Shown here: in pieces, positions 10,193 through 18,773 of the stretch | Layout of the letters: each line of letters starts with the position of its first letter | Numbering within the stretch: position 1 is the first letter of the stretch | Origin: Patescibacteria group bacterium | GTDB taxonomy: Bacteria; Patescibacteriota; Patescibacteriia; PEXW01 | Reading direction: 5' to 3' | DNA length: 64,000 bases | Assembly (NCBI GenBank): GCA_041671325.1 | Contig: JBAZBR010000001.1 | Coordinates: forward strand, 221,332-285,331 | Program-made: the position numbers and the translations under genes | Notes under the pieces: generated by a model | Databases searched by the model: none | Told to the model about the DNA's origin: nothing | What the model saw: the letters and a program-made list of their open reading frames with translations, nothing else

Positions 10193-10603
10193 ATGTCTGA
10201 AGAAAAAAAGAACGTAGAAGTTCCAGAAAAGTTCAAAACTTTAGTGGAACAAATCGAAAAGTTGTCAGTCGTGGACTTGGCTGAATTAGTCAAAGTTCTG
10301 GAAGACAAGTTTGGTGTTTCTGCTGCCGCCCCAGTCATGATGGGCGCTATGCCAGTTGCCGGCGCTGCAGCCGCAGACGCTGGTGAAGAAAAGTCCACTT
10401 TCAATGTGGAATTGACCTCAGCTGGTGGCAGTAAGATTGCCGTTATTAAAGTCTTGCGCGAAATTACCGGCAAAGGCTTGAAAGATGCCAAAGACTTGGC
10501 TGATGCCGCGCCAAAAGTCGTGAAAGAAAATGCCGCCAAGGAAGAAGCAGAGGAATTGAAGAAAAAACTGGAAGAAGCCGGCGCGACTGTGACTTTGAAG
10601 TAA
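10193..10603 (+). CDS. rplL: 50S ribosomal protein bL12
   Basis: [40 protein letters not shown]. Confidence 0.98.
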   Translation: MSEEKKNVEVPEKFKTLVEQIEKLSVVDLAELVKVLEDKFGVSAAAPVMMGAMPVAGAAAADAGEEKSTFNVELTSAGGSKIAVIKVLREITGKGLKDAKDLADAAPKVVKENAAKEEAEELKKKLEEAGATVTLK

Positions 10604-10620
10604 TTAATTTTATTCAAGTT

Positions 10621-10658
10621 AAATAAGGCTTACCTGAATTAAGGCAGGCCTTATTTTT
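10621..10658 (+). terminator. rplJL terminator
   Basis: AAATAAGGCTTACCT/AGGCAGGCCTTATTTTT hairpin. Confidence 0.75.
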
Positions 10659-10666
10659 AAGGTTGT

Positions 10667-10833
10667 GGATCCTGTTCCATCTCGCTACCGCTCGATGAAC
10701 AGGGCGAAGGTCAACATGTGAGGTTCCTCGTATGACTCGGGACGAAATACAAGGAAGCCCTTCGTGAGTATACTCAGGGGAAAGTAAAGTCAGTCTTATA
10801 AAAAGGTCCTTCGGCTACGCCTCAGGACGAAAA
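10667..10833 (+). repeat. Cluster of four degenerate REP-like hairpins (stem-TCG..CTC-stem-GAA(A))
   Basis: Units at 10667-10708, 10722-10747, 10756-10783 and 10805-10833, e.g. GTCCT-TCGGCTACGCCTC-AGGAC-GAAA. Confidence 0.65.
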
Positions 10834-10844
10834 GTCAAGAAAAC

Positions 10845-10874
10845 TTGACTTTTCGGTTTTTATTCGGTTATAAT
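10845..10874 (+). promoter_or_regulatory. Promoter with LexA box (TTCGG-N6-TTCGG at 10852-10867) in the -35/-10 spacer
   Basis: TTGACT-tTTCGGtttttaTTCGGt-TATAAT; same motif occurs in the lexA promoter. Confidence 0.8.
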
Positions 10875-10884
10875 AGTAATTACT

Positions 10885-11154
10885 ATGTTGGTATTCCATG
10901 AACAGCCACACCAAAAAATTCGGGTTTTTGCCGACTTTTCCCTTGGTCAAAACAACCTTAAGCGAGTTATCCCCAAGGCCTTTTTTTGGGCTGGCCGGAG
11001 GTATGATATCCAGTCAGTTAACCTGGTTTACCAGCGCAGGCGAGGGGACAAGTTTGACTGGTGTTTTGCAGTTTCTGATTTGGCCAATGCTTTTGTCCTG
11101 GCTTTTAACCCTGAAAGCCTGGAATGGACTTTAGATGAAGTCCAAGGTGGATAA
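10885..11154 (+). CDS. Small SOS-associated protein (DUF6504-like)
   Basis: PKAFFWAGRRYDI...F.LAFNPESLEWTLDEV pattern of small proteins found beside error-prone polymerases; preceded by a LexA box. Confidence 0.7.
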   Translation: MLVFHEQPHQKIRVFADFSLGQNNLKRVIPKAFFWAGRRYDIQSVNLVYQRRRGDKFDWCFAVSDLANAFVLAFNPESLEWTLDEVQGG

Positions 11155-11266
11155 AAAAACAAGGACCCGCTCCCTCACAAAGCAGATCCTCTACCGCCCT
11201 CTTTGATGGCCTTTGGGGTATCCCCCCTCTTCTGTAAGGCCTAAGAAGGCAAGTTCAAAAGATCTC
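11153..11266 (-). ncRNA. Candidate structured small RNA
   Basis: Minus-strand promoter TTGACT(11300-11295)-16 nt-TATAAT(11278-11273); long hairpin; terminator with U-tract ending near 11153; no ATG-initiated ORF. Confidence 0.55.
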
Positions 11267-11300
11267 AATTCCATTATAGTTAGAGATTTTTACAAGTCAA

Positions 11301-11408
11301 ACCCCGCACCACTTTCTAAATAAATATTGATTTTAATAAATCTAAGATATTATTTCTGTGAATTTCTTAAAAATTAAAAAGTAATTTTCATAGAAAGTGG
11401 TGCGGGGT
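11301..11408. mobile_element. MITE-like element, 108 bp
   Basis: Perfect 18-bp terminal inverted repeats ACCCCGCACCACTTTCTA / TAGAAAGTGGTGCGGGGT, AT-rich interior, CAA on both flanks (candidate 3-bp target duplication). Confidence 0.75.
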
Positions 11409-11507
11409 CAACCCCATAAAGTTATGCTCTTATAAATAAAAAATCGGCCTGGTTTAATAAGCCGATTTAGATGGTAGATTGCTTATTTGACGCAATTCAC
11501 TAAGGTC

Positions 11508-11891
11508 TTATTCTGGCAACACTTGTCCCTTCGTGCATAATAATTCGTTTTTCCTTAAGGGAGACATTTGGTAAACGATCAGGCTTAATATGGTTCCCAT
11601 GAACAAGCAGGTGATGCCGACTGGCCAATGATTCCAGATGCCTATTTCGTGGCCTCCGTACAAAAAGCAGTGGACAGCGGCCAAAATCAGACTGGTTATA
11701 AAAACGACTCCGGTTCCAGCCTTGCGGCTTGTCTCACTGTTTCTGATTATGACAGAAGTGATTAGTGCTGTAATCAGGATCAGGCCGGCGAAAAGCCGAA
11801 GTTCCTGCCAATAACCACTCAGCCAGCCGCTGGCCGTAATCACGCTTATGCCAACAATCAAGATCACCAGGAACTTTTGCATTTTGGTCAT
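11508..11891 (-). CDS. Orphan 4-TM membrane protein
   Basis: Four hydrophobic helices; GGAGG SD, TTGACA..TAAGAT promoter, terminator 11438-11468. Confidence 0.7.
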   Translation of the reverse strand: MTKMQKFLVILIVGISVITASGWLSGYWQELRLFAGLILITALITSVIIRNSETSRKAGTGVVFITSLILAAVHCFLYGGHEIGIWNHWPVGITCLFMGTILSLIVYQMSPLRKNELLCTKGQVLPE

Positions 11892-11975
11892 TATTACCCT
11901 CCAGGGTTAGGCCATGAAAAGTGAACTATTTTGAAATAATCTTAGTAAATTGCCATTGGCTTTGTCAATAAAATT

Positions 11976-12002
11976 ATACAACGCATTGTTCTCCATTTTG
12001 AC
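11976..12002 (+). pseudogene. Stranded duplicate of the dinB 5' end
   Basis: ata caa cgc att gtt ctc cat ttt gac encodes (I)QRIVLHFD; dinB begins atg caa aga atc gtt tta cac ttt gac, MQRIVLHFD. Confidence 0.75.
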
Positions 12003-12037
12003 CCCGCCAATAGGTTAGAGTCAGGCTATCGGCGGGA

Positions 12038-12091
12038 CGGAGCTCCGCAAAAGCTTTATGATAGGCAAGTGAAATTCCAGCGGAGCTCCGC
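12038..12091. repeat. Pair of CGGAGCTCCG palindromes (REP-like)
   Basis: CGGAGCTCCG at 12038-12047 and GCGGAGCTCCGC at 12080-12091. Confidence 0.6.
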
Positions 12092-12114
12092 ATGAATTCA
12101 TAGATAAATAATAT

Positions 12115-13326
12115 ATGCAAAGAATCGTTTTACACTTTGACATGAATTCGTACTTCGCCTCAGTCGAACAACAGGCGAACCCGTTTTTGCGCGGCCAGCC
12201 AGTGGGCGTCTGTTCAACCATGTCCAGGCGCGGTTGCATAATTGCTTCTTCCAAAGAAGCCAAGGCTTTTGGCGTCAAAACTGGCTGTCGGGTGGCTGAA
12301 GCGCAAATTTTGTGTCCGCAAATAAAATTAGTGGAAGTGGATCCGCCCAAGTACCGGACTACTACCCAGAAAATTTTTGGCTTGTGCAAAGATTATACCA
12401 GCGACATTGAATTATATTCAATTGATGAAGGCTTTTTGGATTTGACTGGACTGGTAAAATCTTTTCCAGAAGCGATTGGCATTGGCCAGCTTATAAAAGC
12501 CAGGATCAAGAATGAAGTCGGGGAGTGGCTGAATAATTCCATGGGTATTGCTTACACCCGCTGGCTGGCAAAATTTGGCAGCGATATTGCGCCCAAAGGC
12601 GGGTTGGTGGTGATTACGCCGGCCAATCGTTTAACATACCTGAAAGGCCGCGAACTGGAAGACGCCTGGGGCATTGCCGGGGCTTTGGCTAGCCGCCTGC
12701 AGGTGCTGGGCATCCAAACTTTAGACGAGTTGGCCAGGTATTCGCCTATTAACCTTTTGGAAATTTTTGGCATAAAAGGTTATGAACTTTGGGCCAATGT
12801 TAATGGCATTGAATTGGCTGGCTTGGCAGAAAAGCAGTTGCCAAAATCCATTGGCCACAGCCACGTTTTGCGCAAAAGGAATCATGATGAAAAGTTCCAT
12901 AAGGCCGTGATCATGCGGCTGGCGGAAAAAACCGGCCGGAGACTGCGGGAAATTGGCTTGGAAGGCCATGGCTTGTATGCCTTTATGAAGCTGGAGGGCT
13001 TAGGGGATTTTGGCGCCAGTAAAAAAGTCTTTAGGCCAATTATCACTACCCAAAGGATTTATAGCCAGACTTTGGAAATCCTGGAGCTGCACCTTAAAAA
13101 GGGCGTACCAACTTTTTTCGCCTTAGGCCTCTTCAATCTCCAACCCAAGTCAAACCAATTAAGCCTTTTTGAAAAGCCTAAATCCGAAGCTTTGGTCAGA
13201 GCATTAGACAGAATCAATAATAAATACGGCGAGGAGGCGATTGTCCAGGGTGATTTGGTGCGTTTAGGTTTTCAACATGTGCCAGACCGGATTGGTTTTC
13301 GGAAGACCGTAGGCTTAGATGACTAA
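12115..13326 (+). CDS. dinB: Y-family DNA polymerase IV
   Basis: HFDMNSYFASVEQ and YSIDEGFLD catalytic motifs, KSIGHS, clamp-binding QLSLF. Confidence 0.93.
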   Translation: MQRIVLHFDMNSYFASVEQQANPFLRGQPVGVCSTMSRRGCIIASSKEAKAFGVKTGCRVAEAQILCPQIKLVEVDPPKYRTTTQKIFGLCKDYTSDIELYSIDEGFLDLTGLVKSFPEAIGIGQLIKARIKNEVGEWLNNSMGIAYTRWLAKFGSDIAPKGGLVVITPANRLTYLKGRELEDAWGIAGALASRLQVLGIQTLDELARYSPINLLEIFGIKGYELWANVNGIELAGLAEKQLPKSIGHSHVLRKRNHDEKFHKAVIMRLAEKTGRRLREIGLEGHGLYAFMKLEGLGDFGASKKVFRPIITTQRIYSQTLEILELHLKKGVPTFFALGLFNLQPKSNQLSLFEKPKSEALVRALDRINNKYGEEAIVQGDLVRLGFQHVPDRIGFRKTVGLDD

Positions 13327-15582
13327 CTATTTTTGAATCCCAAAAACTTGTAGGTTATTCCCATTCAAGAGATATATTTTTTGTGCACTTTCATCTACGG
13401 TAAAATCTGAGGTCGTGCCTATAGCATCAAGAGCATATTGGTTAATAAATTTCCCGGCTTTAGAAAAGACCGCGATCCGTTTTAAGCCCTTATCTAAAAT
13501 ATAAAGGTTTTGCAGGGTTGTATCAGCCGCGAGCTTGTCTGCAGAAGATAAGGACGGTTCAACGGTTGAAAGCGCTAATTGGACCCTTTGGCCTTGGTTG
13601 AATTTCATAACCTCGCCTTGGTTAGTGAGGACATATAAGGAACCGTCAACGGAAAGATCAGTGGCGTTATTTAAAGTTTGGCTTTGTTTGAGCCAGTTTA
13701 CGGCTTTGTAGCCCGTACCTTGACGAGTAGCTTTCAAGATTAGGTTATTCGCTATATCAATTGAATATAAAGCCGTATTATAGGTTGCAAAGCCGGCCAA
13801 ATTAGCGTTTGCGTTTGGCAAGACTAAACTAAGCCGAGTGCCTTTAGTCGAACTTGGTTTTTGTTCAATAATTTCAAAACCAGAAGTTAAGGCGATTAAA
13901 CTACCGCTGCCAAAGGTTGATAGTTCCGTAATGTCAGTATTGCCAGGCAAGGTGGCTAATTCTTTAACTTCGCCCGTGGCGCTGCTTATGGATATAAGCT
14001 GATTATTATTAGCATTAATAGTGAATAAATTTTTTCCTAAAATTACTAGACCATTTCCATTAACCCCCGTTTTAAATGTGGCTAAAGTTTTGATTTCGGG
14101 CTTAATTTCATGTCTGGTTTTTACCAAGACCGCTTCAATATCAGCAAGTAATGTTGTTTGTTGAGTTTTTTGGGATTTCGATTTATTTGGCAAGTTATTG
14201 GTTAATTTTTTTGCTTCTGTTAAAAGAGTTTTTGCCCGATCTTCGTCACCGTAAAGTAAAGCAGATCTGGCAGATTCAATATTGCTTTGAATAGTCGAAA
14301 TTGAATTTTGGGTTGTCTGGTTGCTGCTTGAGCGTTGGCGCTGTATACCGGCGACGATTAAAACAATTGCTAAAATCAGCGCAATTGTAATCGTGCTTAA
14401 AAAAAGCATCCTAGATTTTTGAGGCAGGCCTTTAACTGAATTTACCTGCCTTTCAATGGCCACTGGAATTTGCTGAGGGGTTTTTCTTAGGTTATTGCCT
14501 AAGGAACGTATTGAGTGGATTAATTTAGGCGTTGCCTGTATAGCTTGACGGCTCCTTTGCCAAACAAATCTTGGAATTTTACTAAGAATTGTCCTTCTAA
14601 TCTCTTTAGCCACTAAACGGGAATGAGAAGGCGACAATACTTGACCTTTTCGAACTTGGTTTTGTTTTTCAAAAATTGTATTTTCATTTTCTAAAGCAGA
14701 AGAAATCCGGGTTGGTTTTCTTAAAACCCAAGCTCTGAATAATATTTTGGCTTCTCGGAAAAACCTTTTTCCACTTTTTTTTACCGTCGGCCAAAGTGAA
14801 GGCGTAAGTAATTCTTGAGTTTGGGCGTTTTGAGCCAGCATATTATCGATAGATTTTTTAGGCGCACCGGCAATATTTTGTATTAGTTGTTGTTCTTGGG
14901 AAGCAGGCGATGAAATTGCGACATTTTCACCGCGCAATATAATCGAAGCAAAAGCCGAACGAGTTGGGTCCTGACGTAAAATTTCTTCAAAAAATTCAGC
15001 AGCTCCGCCTAAAGGTGTTTCGGCAATCGTCCTTCTTAGTTTTTCAATTGAAAAATAATCAAGCACATTTGAGGTGCTAAAAAAGATTGCGTCACTGTTT
15101 TTTATTTCACCAGAAGCAATTGAAGCGAACATTTTTATAGGATTGACCTTTTGAAGTCGATTTTGCTTACCTAACAAATCAATGACTTTTTTTTCATGCA
15201 TTAACAAACCTAAAATTTTGCCGGTATCAGCAAAATGAAGTTTTTCTTCAAGGATTGTAAATATTACCATTGAAAAATTATCAACCCAATCAGAACCAAA
15301 ATCACTTATCAATTCACCTAAGTAACGGTTGCAGGCTTGGATTGTGTGTTCAAAAGCGACCTCGGGATTAACCTCCGGAGAGGTATAATAAGCAGCTTTC
15401 AAGAAGTCTTGCAAACGGCTTAATAATTCTTGGTTAATTCGGTCAGCAGAAGTAATTTCGGCCAAAAAACCCAGTTTTCCCAAGATCCTTTCTTCAGCCG
15501 GGCTTGGTCGGGCTATAAAGACATGAGCCGTCGCCCGGCTGTTGGTAGCGTCGTATATGAGTAATTTTTCGATTTTATTCAT
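13327..15582 (-). CDS. Membrane protein: degenerate PP2C-like N-terminal domain, TM helix, extracellular NHL/beta-propeller domain
   Basis: LHFADTG..., DAIFFSTSNV (PP2C-like but lacking DG); TM near residues 392-413; LSVDGSLYVL and NLYILD repeats. Confidence 0.65.
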   Translation of the reverse strand: MNKIEKLLIYDATNSRATAHVFIARPSPAEERILGKLGFLAEITSADRINQELLSRLQDFLKAAYYTSPEVNPEVAFEHTIQACNRYLGELISDFGSDWVDNFSMVIFTILEEKLHFADTGKILGLLMHEKKVIDLLGKQNRLQKVNPIKMFASIASGEIKNSDAIFFSTSNVLDYFSIEKLRRTIAETPLGGAAEFFEEILRQDPTRSAFASIILRGENVAISSPASQEQQLIQNIAGAPKKSIDNMLAQNAQTQELLTPSLWPTVKKSGKRFFREAKILFRAWVLRKPTRISSALENENTIFEKQNQVRKGQVLSPSHSRLVAKEIRRTILSKIPRFVWQRSRQAIQATPKLIHSIRSLGNNLRKTPQQIPVAIERQVNSVKGLPQKSRMLFLSTITIALILAIVLIVAGIQRQRSSSNQTTQNSISTIQSNIESARSALLYGDEDRAKTLLTEAKKLTNNLPNKSKSQKTQQTTLLADIEAVLVKTRHEIKPEIKTLATFKTGVNGNGLVILGKNLFTINANNNQLISISSATGEVKELATLPGNTDITELSTFGSGSLIALTSGFEIIEQKPSSTKGTRLSLVLPNANANLAGFATYNTALYSIDIANNLILKATRQGTGYKAVNWLKQSQTLNNATDLSVDGSLYVLTNQGEVMKFNQGQRVQLALSTVEPSLSSADKLAADTTLQNLYILDKGLKRIAVFSKAGKFINQYALDAIGTTSDFTVDESAQKIYLLNGNNLQVFGIQK

Positions 15583-15643
15583 CTTGTTTTAGTCACCTTA
15601 ACTAAAGTATACTACAGCTATCTATGTACCGTGAAATGCATTT

Positions 15644-16204
15644 ATGCTAGAAGAAATTTTTGGCTCAAACACTCGATATGCCCTTTTAAGGCTGCTGATT
15701 TTTAATCCCAGCAAAACCTATCAAACTACCGAGTTAAGTAAAAAAACCGGTTTGAGTCTGGCGTCCATAAGGGCAGAAATTAAACGCCTTGAACAAAGTG
15801 GATTAGTTAGGGTTAGTGAACAGGATAATGTTAATTTAGTCCAGATAGATCCGCAAAACCCATTATTTCCAGAATTGCGCGCTTTATTTTTGAAGGCGCA
15901 AATTTTGACTGAATATAATTTTGGAAAAAAACTTTTAAAAATTGGCAGTTTAGCTTATGCTGCCTTAACAGGATATTTTACTAATATTCCAGAAGCCAAG
16001 ACAGATATTTTCATTGTCGGTACGGTCAACCGTTTAAAATTGAGAAAATTAGTAAGAAGGTTTCAAAAAGACATGGACCATAGCTTGCGTTATACGGTAA
16101 TGTCAAAAAAAGAGTATCAATATCGTAATGATATTACTGATCGGTTTTTATATGATATTATTGAAAACCGAAAAATTGTTTTAGTTGATAAAATGCCTAA
16201 ATGA
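15644..16204 (+). CDS. Winged-helix regulator with degenerate nucleotidyltransferase-like C-terminal domain
   Basis: LEEIFGSNTR..ELSKKTG.SLASIRAEIKRLEQSGLV; ALTGYF...KTDIFIVG. Confidence 0.7.
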   Translation: MLEEIFGSNTRYALLRLLIFNPSKTYQTTELSKKTGLSLASIRAEIKRLEQSGLVRVSEQDNVNLVQIDPQNPLFPELRALFLKAQILTEYNFGKKLLKIGSLAYAALTGYFTNIPEAKTDIFIVGTVNRLKLRKLVRRFQKDMDHSLRYTVMSKKEYQYRNDITDRFLYDIIENRKIVLVDKMPK

Positions 16205-17052
16205 AGGAAACAATTTTCCTGTTGATCATTGCCGAATCCACCAAATTGATAATTGTAAAAAAGCAAGGCAATAAACTTTTTAGCAAGACAAAAACTGCAG
16301 ACTTGTTTAAAAATGCAGATTCTTTGACTTTAATCAATCAAGTTTTTAAACTACAGAAAAATCAAAAATTAAACGGAATATTTTTAAGTATAGAAAAGCA
16401 AAGCTTTTCTTCAACTCGTGCCTTGGTGAGCATAGCCAATGCCTTGGCTTACGCATATAATTGTAAAGCCGTGGAGTTAAAAGTTTCTCTACCAAGCTCC
16501 CAAATTTCAAAACTTTTTACTCTTGGCAAAAATGAATTGTCCAAAACCATTACGCAATTTATTAAACCCACATACCTTAATTTGCCTAATATTACTAAAC
16601 CCAAATTAAAAATTAACGAATTTCATATTTGTTCGGGGGCATTAGTTTATGATCAAGTAAATAAAAAGTTTCTATTTATCAGACGAAAAGATACCAAAAA
16701 AATTGGTTTACCTAAAGGCCATCAAGAAAAGAATGAGAATTTAGGCTTTACCGCTAAAAGAGAAGCTGGCGAGGAAACTGGGTATTCTGATTTAAAATTA
16801 ATCGGTAAATTGAAAAGTATAAAATATAAATTTACGGTAAAGGGCGAGTTACATGAAAAAACCGAACACCAATTTTTATTATTATTGAATTCTTCTAAGA
16901 CAAAAAATAGGTTAAGCACCGGTGAAGTAAAAAATTTGGATAACCTGTGGCTTACGCCACAACAAGCTTTATTAGATCCGAATTTGTATCCAAATTTACA
17001 GGATACAATAAAAAAGGCTATTTTTATCTTGAAAAAACGAAATTTATTTTAA
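16201..17052 (+). CDS. Fusion of a degenerate TsaB-like domain and a Nudix hydrolase
   Basis: SFSSTRALVSIANALAYA and PTY..PNITKPK resemble short TsaB; Nudix box GHQEKNENLGFTAKREAGEETG. Confidence 0.7.
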   Translation: MKETIFLLIIAESTKLIIVKKQGNKLFSKTKTADLFKNADSLTLINQVFKLQKNQKLNGIFLSIEKQSFSSTRALVSIANALAYAYNCKAVELKVSLPSSQISKLFTLGKNELSKTITQFIKPTYLNLPNITKPKLKINEFHICSGALVYDQVNKKFLFIRRKDTKKIGLPKGHQEKNENLGFTAKREAGEETGYSDLKLIGKLKSIKYKFTVKGELHEKTEHQFLLLLNSSKTKNRLSTGEVKNLDNLWLTPQQALLDPNLYPNLQDTIKKAIFILKKRNLF

Positions 17053-17882
17053 GTATTTACTGAAGCAAGATTTTTGTTGAAAAAATTAAAATTGAAGCGT
17101 TTATTTAATTTTAAACCAATAGCTTTAGAACCCACGATTTCTTCAGGTTTTTTTACTCCTATCCAGGAAGATGTAACTTGGTATCGTAAAGCCAAGCCTT
17201 TTTTGCCAAGCCAAGAATAAACATCTTCTGTTTTTGCGTTTAGAAATTCACCAATAAATGCAATCCCAGATTCCTTTAGTCTTAAGGCGCTAGATTGGCC
17301 TAAGCCTGGCAAAAACCTTATGGGTATTCGGTTTAAGGTCTGAGCATCGTTTTTATCATAAAATTGAAAGCCAGGTTGGCGTAAGGTGAGATTAGCAAGT
17401 TTGGCTAAAGTTGGACTGCTGCCAAAACCAATATTAACTTTGCATTCCAGCTCCTGCCAACAAGCATTTTGGATTTTTAAGAAAATTATTGCTCTTTCAA
17501 TAGATGTAGAGTAGGGAATAGTAAGCAGGATTTCATTATTCTTTTCCATAACAAACTCACCCCATTTTTTTGAAATTTTAATAAAAGCCCTGGAAAAACC
17601 TTTTAAAAAACCGGATTGAATGGGTCTAATTACCAATCGTGGAGTAATTTGAAAAGCTTTTTTTAAACTCATCCCTTTTTTTATGCCAAAGCTTGCAGCA
17701 ATAACATTGCAGTCAACAATAGTCAATTCTGAATTTATATTTTCGATAATTGCCAAAGGGACATTTCTAAATTGCGGATTGAGTGCCTCCTCCACGCTCG
17801 CGGCAAAATGGTTTATAGAAATATATAAATAATGCCTTGGGCTAAGATTTTCGAATGGTTGTTTTGAAGTTTTGTTATACAT
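17049..17882 (-). CDS. Catalytically inactive Y-family polymerase paralog (ImuB-like)
   Basis: YISINHFAASVE..NP.FRNVPLAI, FGIKKGM, IGFGSSPTLAKLA and LPGLG retained; first Asp and SIDE motif lost. Confidence 0.8.
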   Translation of the reverse strand: MYNKTSKQPFENLSPRHYLYISINHFAASVEEALNPQFRNVPLAIIENINSELTIVDCNVIAASFGIKKGMSLKKAFQITPRLVIRPIQSGFLKGFSRAFIKISKKWGEFVMEKNNEILLTIPYSTSIERAIIFLKIQNACWQELECKVNIGFGSSPTLAKLANLTLRQPGFQFYDKNDAQTLNRIPIRFLPGLGQSSALRLKESGIAFIGEFLNAKTEDVYSWLGKKGLALRYQVTSSWIGVKKPEEIVGSKAIGLKLNKRFNFNFFNKNLASVNT

Positions 17883-18071
17883 AGATAAACTAATATATTT
17901 ATATTCTGTCCTACTAGGTTAGCGTTAAATTTGCTAAGGAATGGTTCTACCAAAATAATTCATTAGATTTAGACGCTCCACCCCGCAAAAAAATTGAGAG
18001 AAGGTATGCCTGCGGGGCGTCACTTAACAAAAGAGCTAAAAAATAAGTGGGTATTTTTTGTAAGTTGAGTG

Positions 18072-18087
18072 CCGAATTAAAACCGAA
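18072..18087 (-). promoter_or_regulatory. LexA box upstream of the ImuB-like gene
   Basis: CCGAA-ttaaaa-CCGAA, i.e. TTCGG-N6-TTCGG on the minus strand. Confidence 0.75.
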
Positions 18088-18104
18088 AATAAAAATTAAA
18101 AAAA

Positions 18105-18722
18105 TTAATACTTGCGAATTAGGCCAATAACCTTTCCTTGGATAGTAACGTTTTTAACGTCAATAGGCTGATAATTTGGATTTGCCGGTTGAAGCCTAAT
18201 AAAATTTTTCTTACGGAAAAACTTTTTTAAAGTAGCATTCCCGTCATCCAAGAGCGCCACAACCATATCGCCATCTTTGGCTAATTGGGTTTTTTCCACC
18301 ACCACCAAATCACCATCATTTACTAAACTTTCAATCATTGAATCGCCTCTGACTTTCAAGATGTAAGCATTTTTCTTGCCGACTAAATTTTGCGGCACTG
18401 GGATCATGTCCTGCTTATCCTCAAAGGCTTCAATTGGCGAGCCAGCGGCAATAGTCCCAACCAGCGGCAATAAACTTGAAGCAAATTCCAAATCCGGTTT
18501 AAGATCTGGCTCGATAATTTCAATACCGCGCGTATTATTCTTATCTCTTTTTATAAACCCGGATTTTTCCAAAAAAGTCAGGTGTTCATGGACCGTGGCT
18601 AAGGAGGATAAGTCAAAAGCCTTGGCAATTTCCGTTAAAGTCGGGGCATAACCATGCTCTTGCATGTATTTTTTTAGAAAATCCAGAATAGCCCTTTTTT
18701 GTTTGTGTAATATTGGCGCCAT
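18105..18722 (-). CDS. lexA: SOS repressor LexA
   Basis: GYAPTLTEIA HTH, IAAGSP cleavage site, V.GDSM catalytic Ser, TLKK catalytic Lys. Confidence 0.97.
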   Translation of the reverse strand: MAPILHKQKRAILDFLKKYMQEHGYAPTLTEIAKAFDLSSLATVHEHLTFLEKSGFIKRDKNNTRGIEIIEPDLKPDLEFASSLLPLVGTIAAGSPIEAFEDKQDMIPVPQNLVGKKNAYILKVRGDSMIESLVNDGDLVVVEKTQLAKDGDMVVALLDDGNATLKKFFRKKNFIRLQPANPNYQPIDVKNVTIQGKVIGLIRKY

Positions 18723-18773
18723 ATTTGCTATGAATTACGAATAAATACGAATTTTGCTAATTAAGGTAGAAAT

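Noticed and set aside
9614-10617. Long antisense ORFs over rplJ/rplL (likewise 59823-60839, 57556-58131, 40043-40618)
   Set aside because: Shadow frames of well-supported genes on the opposite strand
10667-10833. Hammerhead ribozymes or a CRISPR array
   Set aside because: Stem-GAAA units lack the CUGANGA core; the repeats are not identical, spacing is irregular and there are no cas genes
18737-18751. Fourth LexA box (ACGAA-N5-ACGAA)
   Set aside because: It has a 10-bp period and mismatches in both half-sites; at best a weak secondary site
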